Assembly: GCA_002431345.1 (NCBI GenBank)
Contig: DJEN01000050.1
Location: 2,371 to 66,370 of the forward strand
Source: Megasphaera sp. UBA5897
GTDB taxonomy: Bacteria > Bacillota > Negativicutes > Veillonellales > Megasphaeraceae
Direction: 5' to 3'
DNA: 64,000 nt
A program made the position numbers and the translations under genes. The notes beneath the pieces were generated by a model. That model had not been told where the DNA came from and made no database searches. It saw only the letters and a list, made by a program, of their open reading frames with translations. Shown here one piece after another: positions 31,854-44,394 of this stretch; position 1 is the first letter of the stretch; the number at the start of each line of letters is the position of its first letter.

Positions 31854-33212
31854 ATGCTGACAATCCAAGATGTACTTGAAACGAATCAAATGATTCAAAA
31901 AAATAATCTGGACGTCCGCACCATTACGATGGGGATTAGTCTTCTTGACTGCTGTTCCAGTGACGGCAAAACATTGTGCCGTAATATTTATGATAAAATC
32001 ACATCTTATGGGGAACATCTCGTAGATACAGGCAATGCGATTGGGGCAGAATTTGGCGTGCCGATTATCAACAAACGCGTATCGGTTACGCCTATCAGCC
32101 TGGTTGCAGGAGCCAGTGATTTGAAAAATTATGTAGAAGTCGCTAAAACGCTTGACAAAGCGGCGAAAGAAATCGGTATTGATTTTATTGGCGGATTTTC
32201 TGCGCTGGTTGAACGGGGATTTACAGACGGTGACCGCCGTTTGATTGATTCCATTGCAGAAAGTCTGGCCTGCACGGATTTGGTATGCAGTTCTGTTGCT
32301 GTCGGCTCGACTAAAGCCGGCATCAATATGGATGCCGTAGCAGAAATGGGCCGTGTCTGCAAAGACTTGGCAGATCTTACAAAAGAACAGGATGCCTTGG
32401 GCTGTGCAAAATTAGTTGTCTTTTCGAATGCTGTCGAAGACAATCCGTTTATGGCCGGCGCATTTCATGGCGTGACAAACGGAGATTCCTGCGTCAGCGT
32501 TGGCGTCAGCGGCCCTGGCGTCGTCAAAAAAGCCTTGGAAAACGTGAAAGGGCAGCCTTTTGACGTAGTTGCAGAAACGATTAAAAAGACGGCATTCAAA
32601 ATTACCCGTGTCGGCCAGCTGGTTGCGATGGAAGCTTCCAAACGCCTGCATGTGCCTTTTGGTATTATCGATTTGTCGCTGGCGCCGACGCCGGCAGTCG
32701 GTGACAGTGTAGCAGCGATTTTGGAAGAAATGGGCTTGGAAAGCTGCGGAGCCCATGGCACGACAGCTGCTTTGGCATTGTTAAACGATGCTGTTAAAAA
32801 AGGCGGTCTGATGGCGTCTTCTCGTGTCGGTGGCTTGTCCGGTGCTTTCATTCCTGTTAGTGAAGACAAGGGCATGCTGGAAGCAGTAGGCCGCGGCAGC
32901 CTCAGTTTGGAAAAACTGGAAGCCATGACGTGTGTCTGCTCTGTCGGCCTGGATATGATTGCGATTCCGGGCAATACATCCGCTGCGACTATTTCGGCTA
33001 TTATTGCAGATGAAGCAGCGATTGGAATGATTAATAACAAAACCACAGCCGTCCGCGTCATTCCGGTTCCGGGAAAAGACGTAGGCGATACGGTTGAATT
33101 TGGCGGCTTGTTGGGCTATTGCCCGATTATCAACGTCAATACATATAAATCAGATGCCTTTATTGCGCGCGGCGGCCGGATTCCGGCACCGATGCGCAGC
33201 TTGACCAACTAA
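31854..33212 (+). CDS. UPF0210 / PFL-family protein
   Basis: [38 protein letters not shown]; paired with the ACT protein. Confidence 0.9.
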   Translation: MLTIQDVLETNQMIQKNNLDVRTITMGISLLDCCSSDGKTLCRNIYDKITSYGEHLVDTGNAIGAEFGVPIINKRVSVTPISLVAGASDLKNYVEVAKTLDKAAKEIGIDFIGGFSALVERGFTDGDRRLIDSIAESLACTDLVCSSVAVGSTKAGINMDAVAEMGRVCKDLADLTKEQDALGCAKLVVFSNAVEDNPFMAGAFHGVTNGDSCVSVGVSGPGVVKKALENVKGQPFDVVAETIKKTAFKITRVGQLVAMEASKRLHVPFGIIDLSLAPTPAVGDSVAAILEEMGLESCGAHGTTAALALLNDAVKKGGLMASSRVGGLSGAFIPVSEDKGMLEAVGRGSLSLEKLEAMTCVCSVGLDMIAIPGNTSAATISAIIADEAAIGMINNKTTAVRVIPVPGKDVGDTVEFGGLLGYCPIINVNTYKSDAFIARGGRIPAPMRSLTN

Positions 33213-33252
33213 TCGGCATTTGGTTACTTTTAATGGAAAGTAGGCGTGTGTT

Positions 33253-34305
33253 GTGCTTGAATATCTTGTACCGTTTGTGATTGCATTGATCGTCTCCTAT
33301 GCGTTGACGCCCAGTGTCAAAAAACTGGCCATCAAAGTAGGGGCTATTGACAGACCGAATGCCAGAAAGGTACATACTCATGTCATTCCGCGGTTAGGCG
33401 GGCTGGCTATCTATATTGGGTTTGTTGCGGCTGTAGTGGGAACGGCTATATTCTGCAATGTACCGATTCGTCATGATTTGCTTGGATTGCTGCTGGGATG
33501 CACGGCAATTGTCGCTTTAGGAATTTGGGATGATATCTGCAATATTCCGGCGAAAGTGAAGCTGGTAGGGCAGATTATTGCCGCCGCAATTCCCGTTTCT
33601 TTTGGCATTCAAATTGAATGGCTGACGAATCCCTTTGGTACGCTTGTCGTCCTGCCGGAAATTATTGCTGTGCCGCTTACCATTTTCTGGATTATCGGAT
33701 TTACCAATACCGTAAATCTTATCGACGGGCTGGACGGACTGGCTGCAGGTGTTGCCTTCATTGCGTCTATTTCCATGTTTTTAATGGCCTATAATATGAA
33801 TCAGGTATTGCCGGCAATGATTATTGTATCAATGGCCGGTGCTGCCTTGGGATTTTTGCAGTATAATTTTAATCCGGCAAAGATTTTTATGGGTGATACA
33901 GGCAGTATGCTGTTGGGGTATACGCTGTCTGTGGCAGCTGTGCTGGGATTGGTAAAGACTGCAGCGACTGTAGCTCTTGTCGTACCGGTTATCGCATTGG
34001 GTCTTCCTATTTTGGATACGTTGTTTGCGATTATTCGTCGTAAGATGAGCGGCGTGCCTATTTTCCAACCTGATAAAGGCCATTTGCATCATCGCCTGCT
34101 GGCGTTGGGAATGACACAGAAGCAAGCTGTACTGGTGATGTACTGCGTCAGTGTGCTGCTGGGCATTGTGGCACTTTTTGTAGCTAATGTAGGCTATAAA
34201 ACGGGGATTGTGACTGTAGTAATCGTGCTGGCTGTCATCATTTATTCAGCGAAGCGTATTGGTATATTACGAAAAACAACGACGGATACTACTCACAAGA
34301 AATAA
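33253..34305 (+). CDS. Undecaprenyl-phosphate GlcNAc-1-phosphate transferase (WecA/TagO, GT4 family)
   Basis: RKVH..PRLGG, NLIDGLDGL, IFMGDTGS, DKGHLHH. Confidence 0.92.
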   Translation: MLEYLVPFVIALIVSYALTPSVKKLAIKVGAIDRPNARKVHTHVIPRLGGLAIYIGFVAAVVGTAIFCNVPIRHDLLGLLLGCTAIVALGIWDDICNIPAKVKLVGQIIAAAIPVSFGIQIEWLTNPFGTLVVLPEIIAVPLTIFWIIGFTNTVNLIDGLDGLAAGVAFIASISMFLMAYNMNQVLPAMIIVSMAGAALGFLQYNFNPAKIFMGDTGSMLLGYTLSVAAVLGLVKTAATVALVVPVIALGLPILDTLFAIIRRKMSGVPIFQPDKGHLHHRLLALGMTQKQAVLVMYCVSVLLGIVALFVANVGYKTGIVTVVIVLAVIIYSAKRIGILRKTTTDTTHKK

Positions 34306-34344
34306 TGTGGGTAGTACCGTTTTTTTTCTTAGGAGGAATTAGGT

Positions 34345-35496
34345 ATGATAAAAGTTATGACTGTTTTTGGGACGCGGCCGGAAGCTATCAAAATGGCGCC
34401 TGTTGTATTGGAGCTGAAAAAACACAGCAGCGAAATTCAAACGATTGTCGCCGTTACGGCACAACATCGGCAGATGCTCGACCAGGTACTGCAGCTGTTT
34501 CACATTCAGCCGGATTATGATTTGGATATTATGTCACAGGGACAGACCCTGTATGATATTACTACGAAAGCATTGCTGGGCTTGAAAACCGTGCTGGAAA
34601 CAGAAAAACCTGATTTGGTGCTTGTACATGGGGATACGACGACGACCTTTGCCGGTGCATTGGCAGCGTATTACCAACAGATTCCTGTCGGCCACGTAGA
34701 AGCCGGCTTGCGTACCGGCAATATCTATTCGCCGTTTCCGGAAGAAATGAACCGTAAGCTGACAGGGGCTATGGCATCCATTCATTTTGCGCCGACGCCG
34801 ACAGCTAAAAACAATCTGCTGCAGGAACATGTGAACCCGGCAAACATTTATGTAACAGGCAATACGGTAATTGATGCCCTCATGACGACTGTTGCCGGTG
34901 AATACGATTTCGAAGATGATGCGCTGCGCACTGTAGATTTCCAGCATCATCGAATTATTCTACTGACTACGCATCGCCGGGAAAATTTGGGAGAACCAAT
35001 GCGCCATATTTATAAAGCGCTGCGGCGGATTGTAGATGAAATCCCGGATACAGAAATCGTTTTCCCGGTACATCGTAATCCATTGGTACGTAAAGTAGTC
35101 GAAGAAGAATTGGCAGGTGTAGACCGAATTCACTTAATCGATCCCATGGAATATGAACCTTTTGCCAACTTGATGAGCTTGAGCAGTTTGGTTTTGACAG
35201 ATTCCGGCGGTATTCAGGAAGAAGCACCGTCACTGGGAAAACCCGTATTGGTGCTGCGGGATACGACAGAACGGCCGGAAGCCGTAGCAGCAGGAACAGT
35301 ACGATTAATTGGGACCGATAAGGATGTTGTATATAAAGAAACGAAACGGCTTCTTACTGACAGTGATGCGTATCATGCCATGAGCATGGCTGTGAATCCC
35401 TATGGCGACGGCAAGGCTTCTAAGCGTATTGTACAGGCTATTCTTCATGCCTTTGGTGGCAAAAAAGAGGTTCCTGAAGAATTTTGCTTAGACTAA
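34345..35496 (+). CDS. wecB: UDP-N-acetylglucosamine 2-epimerase (non-hydrolysing)
   Basis: FGTRPEAIKMAP, HVEAGLRT, TDSGGIQEEAP. Confidence 0.95.
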   Translation: MIKVMTVFGTRPEAIKMAPVVLELKKHSSEIQTIVAVTAQHRQMLDQVLQLFHIQPDYDLDIMSQGQTLYDITTKALLGLKTVLETEKPDLVLVHGDTTTTFAGALAAYYQQIPVGHVEAGLRTGNIYSPFPEEMNRKLTGAMASIHFAPTPTAKNNLLQEHVNPANIYVTGNTVIDALMTTVAGEYDFEDDALRTVDFQHHRIILLTTHRRENLGEPMRHIYKALRRIVDEIPDTEIVFPVHRNPLVRKVVEEELAGVDRIHLIDPMEYEPFANLMSLSSLVLTDSGGIQEEAPSLGKPVLVLRDTTERPEAVAAGTVRLIGTDKDVVYKETKRLLTDSDAYHAMSMAVNPYGDGKASKRIVQAILHAFGGKKEVPEEFCLD

Positions 35497-35734
35497 TTAT
35501 ACAGATAGGCATATATAGAATATGCTATAACTAAATATAGAGTGTAAAATACAATCCATGTCGTTTTTGCATGGATTGTATTTTTTTATGTGCAGCCTAT
35601 TGCGCATCATACATAAGAAGGATAAAATAAAAGTAAACTTTGAGATAATTTTCACAGAAAATCATAGGAATTATTGTGAAAAAATACACCTGAAAAATAG
35701 ATATTTCAACACAAATATTCGTAAAAGTCAAGCA

Positions 35735-35763
35735 TTGATTTTGCCATTTTAGTGTGCTAAGAT
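35735..35763 (+). promoter_or_regulatory. Putative sigmaA promoter of the atp operon
   Basis: TTGATT-17 bp-TAAGAT with TG extended -10. Confidence 0.5.
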
Positions 35764-35849
35764 AGCACTATCAAAGATGAATGTTATGTATAGGTACTAT
35801 TCGTCTTTGGTAATAAAAAGACTATCAGAAGAAGGCGGGAGGTGTCTTT

Positions 35850-36140
35850 ATGAAGGAGAAAAGACAGCGCATTCATTCGTCTGGTAGTTCGTTAAACCGC
35901 ATGGAGCTTATGAATCTGGTTGTCACTGCAGGCTCACTGGGTCTGACATTGTTTGTTTGTATTTTTGTCGGCGTTTTGATAGGACGTGTGATGGATGAGT
36001 TTTTGGCAACGTCTCCGTGGGGAATTATTCTGTTTTCTCTGCTGGGTACAGTCAGCGGCTTTTGGTCTTTGTATAAAAGAACAATAGCGTACATGAATCG
36101 TCAGCTGTCTGTGCAGAAGAAAGACGCTGGAGACAAATAA
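35850..36140 (+). CDS. AtpZ/AtpI-family accessory protein
   Basis: Two TM helices, G..IG..MD...TSPWG; first gene of the atp operon. Confidence 0.85.
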   Translation: MKEKRQRIHSSGSSLNRMELMNLVVTAGSLGLTLFVCIFVGVLIGRVMDEFLATSPWGIILFSLLGTVSGFWSLYKRTIAYMNRQLSVQKKDAGDK

Positions 36141-36511
36141 TGGAAGAACTAGTGAAATATGTAAAGGCAACGGTAATCAAGCTAATTGGGTTGACCTGTA
36201 TTGTGGCGGCTGTGTTAGGCGCCGTAGGCTGTCAGCAGTACATTTTTGGCTGGTGTATCGGCAGCGGCTTAAACATCGTGTATTTTTTGATGCTGAGCAG
36301 CCGATCTGCACGGGCTATACATTTACCCCCTGAACAGGCCGCTTCTTTTATCCGCGGCGGAGCGATTTTTCGCTTACTTATGATTTGTTTGGTGTGCATC
36401 GTTATTCTGCAGTTTCCCAGTATTCATTTTGGGGCTGCAGTGGCAGGGATCTTTTCATATCGTGTGATTATCTTTGCAGATGCCGTAGAAAAGCACGTTC
36501 GGGGCCGGTAG
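36140..36511 (+). CDS. atpI: ATP synthase protein I
   Basis: Four-TM protein immediately before atpB. Confidence 0.8.
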   Translation: MEELVKYVKATVIKLIGLTCIVAAVLGAVGCQQYIFGWCIGSGLNIVYFLMLSSRSARAIHLPPEQAASFIRGGAIFRLLMICLVCIVILQFPSIHFGAAVAGIFSYRVIIFADAVEKHVRGR

Positions 36512-36528
36512 GAAAGGAGGTATCGCGT

Positions 36529-37200
36529 ATGGAGTTACATGCAGGGCATCATCTGGTCGTTCAAATCCTGGGAATGAATGTAAACTGGGATACGCTGATG
36601 ATGACATGGCTCGTAGCCGCACTGGTTATTATCGTTACAGTGGCAGCTACGCGGGGACGCTCATTGGTGCCATCCGGACTGCAGAATGCCATGGAAATTA
36701 TTATTGAATCCCTGCTGGATCAGTTTAAGGAAACGCTGGGACCTAAATACGGTCAAGTCGTATCGGTACTTTTGACCATGTTCTTGTTCATTTTATTTGC
36801 CAATGAATTGGGCTTGCTGCCAAATCCGCACGTATTGGCTTCGCCGACAAATGATTTGAATACGACCGTAGCCCTGGCCTTGGTTTCTTCTTTTATGGTC
36901 CACTTTATGGCTCTAAAGAACCAAGGATTCAAAAAGCACTTTAAACACTTTTTTAAACCGTTCGCGCCGTTTGTCATTATTAATTTGATGGAAGAAATTA
37001 CAAAACCGCTGACGCTGGCTTTCCGTCTTTTTGGCAATATTCTGGCCGGAGAAATTCTCTTGGAAGTTTTATATTTCCTTGTACCTGCAGGCATTCCGAT
37101 TATCTGGCTTATTTTTAGTTTGGTTATCGGTTTGATTCAGGCGTTTATTTTCACCATTTTGACAACATCGTACTTGGCACCGTCTTTTGCTGAAGACTAG
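36529..37200 (+). CDS. atpB: ATP synthase subunit a
   Basis: SPTNDLN, LAFRLFGNILAGE, IQAFIF. Confidence 0.96.
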   Translation: MELHAGHHLVVQILGMNVNWDTLMMTWLVAALVIIVTVAATRGRSLVPSGLQNAMEIIIESLLDQFKETLGPKYGQVVSVLLTMFLFILFANELGLLPNPHVLASPTNDLNTTVALALVSSFMVHFMALKNQGFKKHFKHFFKPFAPFVIINLMEEITKPLTLAFRLFGNILAGEILLEVLYFLVPAGIPIIWLIFSLVIGLIQAFIFTILTTSYLAPSFAED

Positions 37201-37244
37201 AGAGATGGATGTACTATTTACGCAAACTTAGGAGGTCATTTATT

Positions 37245-37502
37245 ATGGAAAAAGCACTCGTATTAGCATTATCAGCCTTTGGCGCTTGCTTAGGCGTTGG
37301 TTTGGCAGCTCTTGGCGCTGCAATTGGCGACGGTCATGCCGCATCTAAAATGCTGGAAGGTACAGCACGCCAGCCGGAAATGGGCGGCAAACTGTTGGTT
37401 AATATGCTTATCTCTATCGGCTTGATTGAATCCATGCCTATTATTGCAGCTGTTATTGCGATTGTATTGGTATTTGCCAATCCGTTTGTCAGCCTGCTTT
37501 AA
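37245..37502 (+). CDS. atpE: ATP synthase subunit c
   Basis: Gly-rich helix 1, ARQPE loop, conserved Glu (LIES). Confidence 0.96.
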   Translation: MEKALVLALSAFGACLGVGLAALGAAIGDGHAASKMLEGTARQPEMGGKLLVNMLISIGLIESMPIIAAVIAIVLVFANPFVSLL

Positions 37503-37547
37503 TTTTTATGAAATGGATTATCCATTACAGCCGGGGAGGGAAGTACA

Positions 37548-38048
37548 TTGGTTAGTTTAAATGGTACCTTGCTGTTCCAATTCATCAACTTCTTTATCTT
37601 GGTAGCTATTTTAGCGAAATTCGCGTATAAGCCGTTGTTAAAAGTATTGGAAGAACGGCGCAATAAGATTGCCAGTGATTTGGATGAAGCTGCAAAAGCC
37701 CGTCAGGATGCAGACAAACTGAAAGCTGATTATGAAGCACAGATTCGCGATGCGCAGGCAAAAGCCCAGGCTATCGTAGATAAAGCAGTCAAACAGGCTG
37801 ATAAAGAAGCGCAGGCGCAGCTTGATGCGATTCGTGCGCAAATCGCCCGGGAAAAACAAATAGCCCAGACGGAAATTGCCAATGAACGGGAAGCCGCTAT
37901 CAGAGAAATGCGTAAAGAAGTAGTGACGCTGTCTATGGCTGTAGCAGAAAAACTACTCAAAAAGAACATGGACACCGACATGAACGCAAAACTGGTTGCG
38001 GAATGTATTCATCAGCTCCAAACAAACAACCGTATAAAGGGGAACTGA
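37548..38048 (+). CDS. atpF: ATP synthase subunit b
   Basis: N-terminal TM (INFFIL..FAYKP) plus coiled coil. Confidence 0.95.
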   Translation: MVSLNGTLLFQFINFFILVAILAKFAYKPLLKVLEERRNKIASDLDEAAKARQDADKLKADYEAQIRDAQAKAQAIVDKAVKQADKEAQAQLDAIRAQIAREKQIAQTEIANEREAAIREMRKEVVTLSMAVAEKLLKKNMDTDMNAKLVAECIHQLQTNNRIKGN

Positions 38049-38052
38049 TCGT

Positions 38053-38619
38053 ATGATACCCGAAACAATTTACAGCAAATACAGCCAGGCAATGTTTGAC
38101 ATTGCCAGCGAACAAAAAAAGCTTGACGAATTTGGGACAGAACTGAAAAAAGTACGGGATACCTTTCAAGAAAATCCTGATTTTTGGAAATTTTTGAATC
38201 ATCCTCTTGTACCGCCGCAGTCTAAAAAACAAACAATCAAAGAAATTTTTGCAGATGATGTATCGCCATTAGTGCGGCAGTTTATGTATGTCATGATTGA
38301 CAGACGCCGTGAAGCGGCGCTGTTGCTGGCTATTGACGGGTTTATCGATTTGGCCCGCCGGGCACAGCATATCGAAGTGGCAAAAGTACACGTTGTCAAA
38401 CCGTTGACAGCAGCCGAAGAAACACAGCTGCGTGCTAACTTGGAAACCATGACAGGCAAGAAGATTGAGCTGCTCTATTATATAGATCCGTCTATTATTG
38501 GCGGTATGGTCATTCAGATTGGCGATAGATTGATAGACGGCAGTCTGAAACGGCAGCTGCATGATATGCAGCATGCATTGCTGCAGAATGATGCAATGAA
38601 TGGGGTGACGGACGAATAA
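38053..38619 (+). CDS. atpH: ATP synthase subunit delta
   Basis: YSQAMF, DPSIIGG..IQIGD..IDGS. Confidence 0.95.
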   Translation: MIPETIYSKYSQAMFDIASEQKKLDEFGTELKKVRDTFQENPDFWKFLNHPLVPPQSKKQTIKEIFADDVSPLVRQFMYVMIDRRREAALLLAIDGFIDLARRAQHIEVAKVHVVKPLTAAEETQLRANLETMTGKKIELLYYIDPSIIGGMVIQIGDRLIDGSLKRQLHDMQHALLQNDAMNGVTDE

Positions 38620-40154
38620 TGAAAATGAAGCCAGAAGAAATTACGGCTATAATCAAAAAACAAATCGAAGATTATAATGTGGAAATGAATGTCGATGATG
38701 TCGGCACCGTTCTGGAAGTCGGGGACGGCATTGCCCATATTTACGGTTTGGACAAGGCCATGGCCGGGGAATTGTTGGAATTGCCCCATGGCGTCTATGG
38801 ACTGGCCTTGAACTTGGAAGAAGATAATGTTGGTGCAGTATTGCTTGGCAATGACTCACTGATTAAAGAAGGCGATACGGTCCGTCGTACAGGCCGTGTT
38901 ATGCGTGTGCCTGTAGGTGACAGCATTATTGGCCGTGTTGTCAATCCGCTGGGAGCGCCGATTGACGGCAAAGGCGAAATCAAGACGACAGAATCACGTC
39001 TTGTAGAAATCAAAGCATCTGGTATTGCTGACCGTCAGCCGGTAAAAGTACCGCTGCAGACAGGTTTGAAGTCCATTGACTCCATGGTACCTATCGGACG
39101 CGGACAGCGTGAATTAATCATTGGCGACCGCGGTACCGGTAAAACGGCGATTGCGATTGATACTATCTTAAATCAAAAAGACAGCGGCGTTATTTGTGTA
39201 TACGTTGCTATCGGTCAGAAAGCATCTACTGTTGCGCGGGTTGTGCGTACACTGGAAGAACATGGCGCCATGGCCTATACGATTGTCGTAGCAGCTACTG
39301 CGTCTGACGGCGCGCCGCTGCAGTATTTGGCCCCGTATTCCGGTGTATCCATGGGCGAATATTTTATGCATAAAGGCAAAGATGTACTGTGCGTATATGA
39401 TGATTTGTCCAAACATGCGCAGGCATATCGTGCTATGAGTTTGCTTTTGCGCCGTCCGCCAGGACGTGAAGCTTATCCGGGCGATGTATTTTACTTACAT
39501 TCCCGTCTGTTGGAACGTGCTGCCAAGCTTTCCGATGAATTAGGCGGCGGCTCTATTACAGCCCTGCCGATTATTGAAACCTTGGCTGGCGACTTATCTG
39601 CCTATATTCCGACTAACGTTATTTCAATTACAGACGGCCAGATTTTCTTGGAAACAGAAGCTTTTAACTCCGGTATTCGTCCGGCTATCAACGTTGGCTT
39701 GTCTGTATCCCGTGTCGGCGGGTCCGCGCAGATTAAGGCAATGAAAAAAATTGCCGGTACACTTCGCCTGGATTTGGCGCAGTACCGTGAACTGGCAGCT
39801 TTTGCCCAGTTTGGCTCCGATCTTGATAAAAACACTAAAGCACAAATCGACAAAGGCGAACGAACCATGCAGCTTTTGATTCAGCCGCAGTATCAGCCGA
39901 TGCCGGTTGAAGATCAGGTTATGCAGATTTACTTAGCCGTTAAAAACTACCTCATGCCGGTTCAAGTTGCCGAAGTTACGCAGTTTGCTGATGGATTTAT
40001 CAAATTCATGCATGCTAATTATCCGGAAGTCGGCGAAAGCATTAAGACGACGAAAGAACTCGGCAAAGATGCAGAAGCAACCCTCCAAAAAGCAATCGGA
40101 GAATATACGAAGCAATATGGCGCTTCTCATGAACTGATTAAAGAGGAGGAATAA
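38619..40154 (+). CDS. atpA: ATP synthase subunit alpha
   Basis: [31 protein letters not shown]. Confidence 0.98.
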   Translation: MKMKPEEITAIIKKQIEDYNVEMNVDDVGTVLEVGDGIAHIYGLDKAMAGELLELPHGVYGLALNLEEDNVGAVLLGNDSLIKEGDTVRRTGRVMRVPVGDSIIGRVVNPLGAPIDGKGEIKTTESRLVEIKASGIADRQPVKVPLQTGLKSIDSMVPIGRGQRELIIGDRGTGKTAIAIDTILNQKDSGVICVYVAIGQKASTVARVVRTLEEHGAMAYTIVVAATASDGAPLQYLAPYSGVSMGEYFMHKGKDVLCVYDDLSKHAQAYRAMSLLLRRPPGREAYPGDVFYLHSRLLERAAKLSDELGGGSITALPIIETLAGDLSAYIPTNVISITDGQIFLETEAFNSGIRPAINVGLSVSRVGGSAQIKAMKKIAGTLRLDLAQYRELAAFAQFGSDLDKNTKAQIDKGERTMQLLIQPQYQPMPVEDQVMQIYLAVKNYLMPVQVAEVTQFADGFIKFMHANYPEVGESIKTTKELGKDAEATLQKAIGEYTKQYGASHELIKEEE

Positions 40155-40157
40155 CCT

Positions 40158-41021
40158 ATGCCGAGTGCACGCGAAATTAACAGACGGATAAAATCCGTTA
40201 CCAATACTCAGCAGATTACTAAGGCCATGAAGATGGTATCCTCCGTACGACTGCGCCGTGCACAGGACCGGGCGTTGGCAACGGCGCCTTATACTGAAAA
40301 AATTGAAGGGATGCTGCAGCGCTTATCGGCAGCTGCAGCAGGAGATGGCATTGCGTTGTTTCAGCCGCATGATGAAGTCAAAAAAACATGTTATATCATT
40401 ATAGGCTCAGATAAAGGGCTGGCTGGGGCATTTAACTCCAATGTCAACAAGGCAATGGTTGCTGTCCTCAAAGATAAGCCCCGCAATGCATCATGCCTTT
40501 TCGTTACAGGCCGTAAGCCTGCTGAATATTTAAAACATCTCCGTATTGTGCCGGACAAAAAATGGAGCGGTTTTTCTGATAAACCGCAGCTTGTCCATGC
40601 CCAGCGCATTGCCCATTTGGCGGTAGAAAAATTCCTGGCTGGTGAAGTAGATGAAGTGTATATTATTTATACGCATTTTAAATCTGCGTTATCACAGGAA
40701 GTACAGACAGTTAAAATGCTGCCTATTACGCCAAAAGCCGAAGATAAAACGACAGGACCGAAAGAAGAATACTTGTTTGCGCCGAATCCGCAGCAGGTAT
40801 TGGAATCGATTTTGCCGCAGTACTTAGATATGGTTGTATACAACAGCCTGCTCCAGTCCGCAGCGAGTGAACTCGGTGCCCGCATGACGGCTATGACGTC
40901 GGCTACGGACAACGCCGGTGAACTCATTGACAAACTTACGGTTCATTACAATAAAGTTCGTCAGGCTGGTATTACAAACGAACTGACGGAAATCGTCAGC
41001 GGTGCCAATGCCCTCCAATAA
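40158..41021 (+). CDS. atpG: ATP synthase subunit gamma
   Basis: QITKAMKMV, SELGARMTAM, RQAGITNEL. Confidence 0.97.
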   Translation: MPSAREINRRIKSVTNTQQITKAMKMVSSVRLRRAQDRALATAPYTEKIEGMLQRLSAAAAGDGIALFQPHDEVKKTCYIIIGSDKGLAGAFNSNVNKAMVAVLKDKPRNASCLFVTGRKPAEYLKHLRIVPDKKWSGFSDKPQLVHAQRIAHLAVEKFLAGEVDEVYIIYTHFKSALSQEVQTVKMLPITPKAEDKTTGPKEEYLFAPNPQQVLESILPQYLDMVVYNSLLQSAASELGARMTAMTSATDNAGELIDKLTVHYNKVRQAGITNELTEIVSGANALQ

Positions 41022-41045
41022 TCGCGCATTGGATTGGAAAACTAG

Positions 41046-42485
<1,440 letters not shown>

Positions 42486-42488
42486 GCT

Positions 42489-42908
42489 ATGGCAGAAAAA
42501 GGAAAGACCATCCATTTGGAAGTCATTACACCTGATGCTGCTGTACTGCAGACGGATGCAGATTTTGTTTTAGTCCGGGCATTGGACGGCGATTTGGGTA
42601 TTATGCCGAACCATGCGCCGCTTATCGCATCGCTGAGTATTTCGCCGCTTTTCTATGATAAAGACGGCCGCCGCCACTGCGTTTCTGTTGCTTCCGGCTT
42701 TTTGGAAGTCAATGGCAATCAGATGACCGTTATCTCGCCGGCTGCAGAATTACCGCAGGCGATTGATGTCAAGCGTGCCCAGTCTGCCAAAGAACGGGCT
42801 GAAAAGAGGCTGCATACGAATCATGGCGATATTGATGTAGAACGAGCCAATCTGGCTATGAAACGGGCTTTGTGCCGTTTGCATGTAGCTGAAGAATATG
42901 GAAAGTAG
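42489..42908 (+). CDS. atpC: ATP synthase subunit epsilon
   Basis: EVITPD, GDLGIMPNHAPLI. Confidence 0.95.
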   Translation: MAEKGKTIHLEVITPDAAVLQTDADFVLVRALDGDLGIMPNHAPLIASLSISPLFYDKDGRRHCVSVASGFLEVNGNQMTVISPAAELPQAIDVKRAQSAKERAEKRLHTNHGDIDVERANLAMKRALCRLHVAEEYGK

Positions 42909-42927
42909 ACAGCAGTATCTACGCAAT

Positions 42928-42962
42928 AAAACAGCTTTGTCTGAACGGGCAAAGCTGTTTTT
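42928..42962 (+). terminator. Terminator of the atp operon
   Basis: AAAACAGCTTTG..CAAAGCTGTTTTT. Confidence 0.8.
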
Positions 42963-43043
42963 ATGATGGGAGAATCTTCTTTTTTAGACGCATTCATGAT
43001 ATAATGAAGCAACAACGTAGTGAAGTAAAGGAGGGTATATACC

Positions 43044-43430
43044 GTGAAAACAAAAAAAATCATGCTGGCATTGGCAATGACATTAGTTATTTCCGCAACG
43101 GCGTTTGCGGCGAAGGATACGATGTGGCAGTATAATAAACATATTGCCATCGATATGAGTTCGGCTCAAATCACTTTTGATATGGGACGAAAAGTTCTGA
43201 CCTTTAAAACCGTAGAAACAGCAGGCGATACGACGGACTACTGCAAATATGTTTACAACGTAGACGACCAAACTATTCAGTTGAAAGAAATGGTTACGAA
43301 AACGAAAAAAAGCAAATATAAAAGCAGTTTTTATCCAGAATCGATTAAAGACGGCAATACCATTATTAAAGGAAGAGCACGCATGGCTAATGACGTGTTG
43401 GCAAAAGTCGAAGCAAAAGCCAATAATTAA
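43044..43430 (+). CDS. Hypothetical secreted/periplasmic protein
   Basis: AGGAGG RBS, GTG start, signal peptide ending AFA-A, own terminator. Confidence 0.8.
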   Translation: MKTKKIMLALAMTLVISATAFAAKDTMWQYNKHIAIDMSSAQITFDMGRKVLTFKTVETAGDTTDYCKYVYNVDDQTIQLKEMVTKTKKSKYKSSFYPESIKDGNTIIKGRARMANDVLAKVEAKANN

Positions 43431-43440
43431 ATACAATACG

Positions 43441-43483
43441 AAAAGCCCGCTGACTGGTGTTTTCATCCGTCAGCGGGCTTTTT
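43441..43483. terminator. Bidirectional terminator
   Basis: AAAAGCCCGCTGAC..GTCAGCGGGCTTTT between convergent genes. Confidence 0.8.
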
Positions 43484-43518
43484 GCATATGAGGATACATA
43501 CGATAGCGTATCTGTCAA

Positions 43519-44394
43519 TTATTTATCAAAAGGTTTTCCTGTGAGCATTTCATATGCTTCTTTATATTTTTCGATTGTTTTGTCGATAACATCCTGCGGC
43601 AGGAGATAATCGCTGTCCGGATTGGCTTTGAGCCAGTCACGAACGAATTGTTTATCATAAGAAGGCTGTGATTGACCCGGTTTGTATCCTTCTAACGGCC
43701 AAAAACGGGAGCTGTCCGGTGTGAGCATTTCATCGCCCAGCACGATATTGCCTTTTTCATCCAAGCCAAATTCAAATTTGGTATCTGCAATGATAATACC
43801 GCGGGAAAGAGCGTAATCAGCGCATTTTTTGTATAAGGCAATCGTATAGTCACGGATTTTTTCCGCATATTCTTTGCCTTTGCCTGGGAACGTTTTATCC
43901 AGGACTTTGGCACCTTCTTCAAGGGAAACGTTTTCGTCATGGTCGCCTAATTCGGCTTTGGTGCTCGGTGTAAAAATAGGTTCCGGTAATTTTTGCGATT
44001 CTACCAAACCGGCAGGCAACTGAATACCGCAGACCGTGCCATTTTCTTTATAACTTTCCCAACCGCTGCCAGTAATATACCCGCGGACGATGCATTCCAT
44101 AGGAATCATGGTCAGTTTTTGACATTTCATGCTGTTGCCTATAAATTGCGGCTGTTGGAAAAATTCCGGCATATCCGAATTGTCAACAGAAATCATGTGG
44201 TTAGGAATAATATCCTTCGTCAAATCAAACCAGAATTTGGACATCTGCGTCAAAATAGTGCCTTTCTTGGTAATCTGGTTTTTCAGGATGTGGTCAAACG
44301 CTGAAATACGGTCAGTAGCAACCATAATAATGCTGTCGCCTGCATCATAAACTTCGCGGACTTTTCCTGATTTGAACGGTTTGAATTCTTTCAT
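43519..44394 (-). CDS. purC: SAICAR synthetase
   Basis: GKVREVY, TDRISAFD, IADTKFEFG, DEMLTPDSSRFW. Confidence 0.96.
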   Translation of the reverse strand: MKEFKPFKSGKVREVYDAGDSIIMVATDRISAFDHILKNQITKKGTILTQMSKFWFDLTKDIIPNHMISVDNSDMPEFFQQPQFIGNSMKCQKLTMIPMECIVRGYITGSGWESYKENGTVCGIQLPAGLVESQKLPEPIFTPSTKAELGDHDENVSLEEGAKVLDKTFPGKGKEYAEKIRDYTIALYKKCADYALSRGIIIADTKFEFGLDEKGNIVLGDEMLTPDSSRFWPLEGYKPGQSQPSYDKQFVRDWLKANPDSDYLLPQDVIDKTIEKYKEAYEMLTGKPFDK

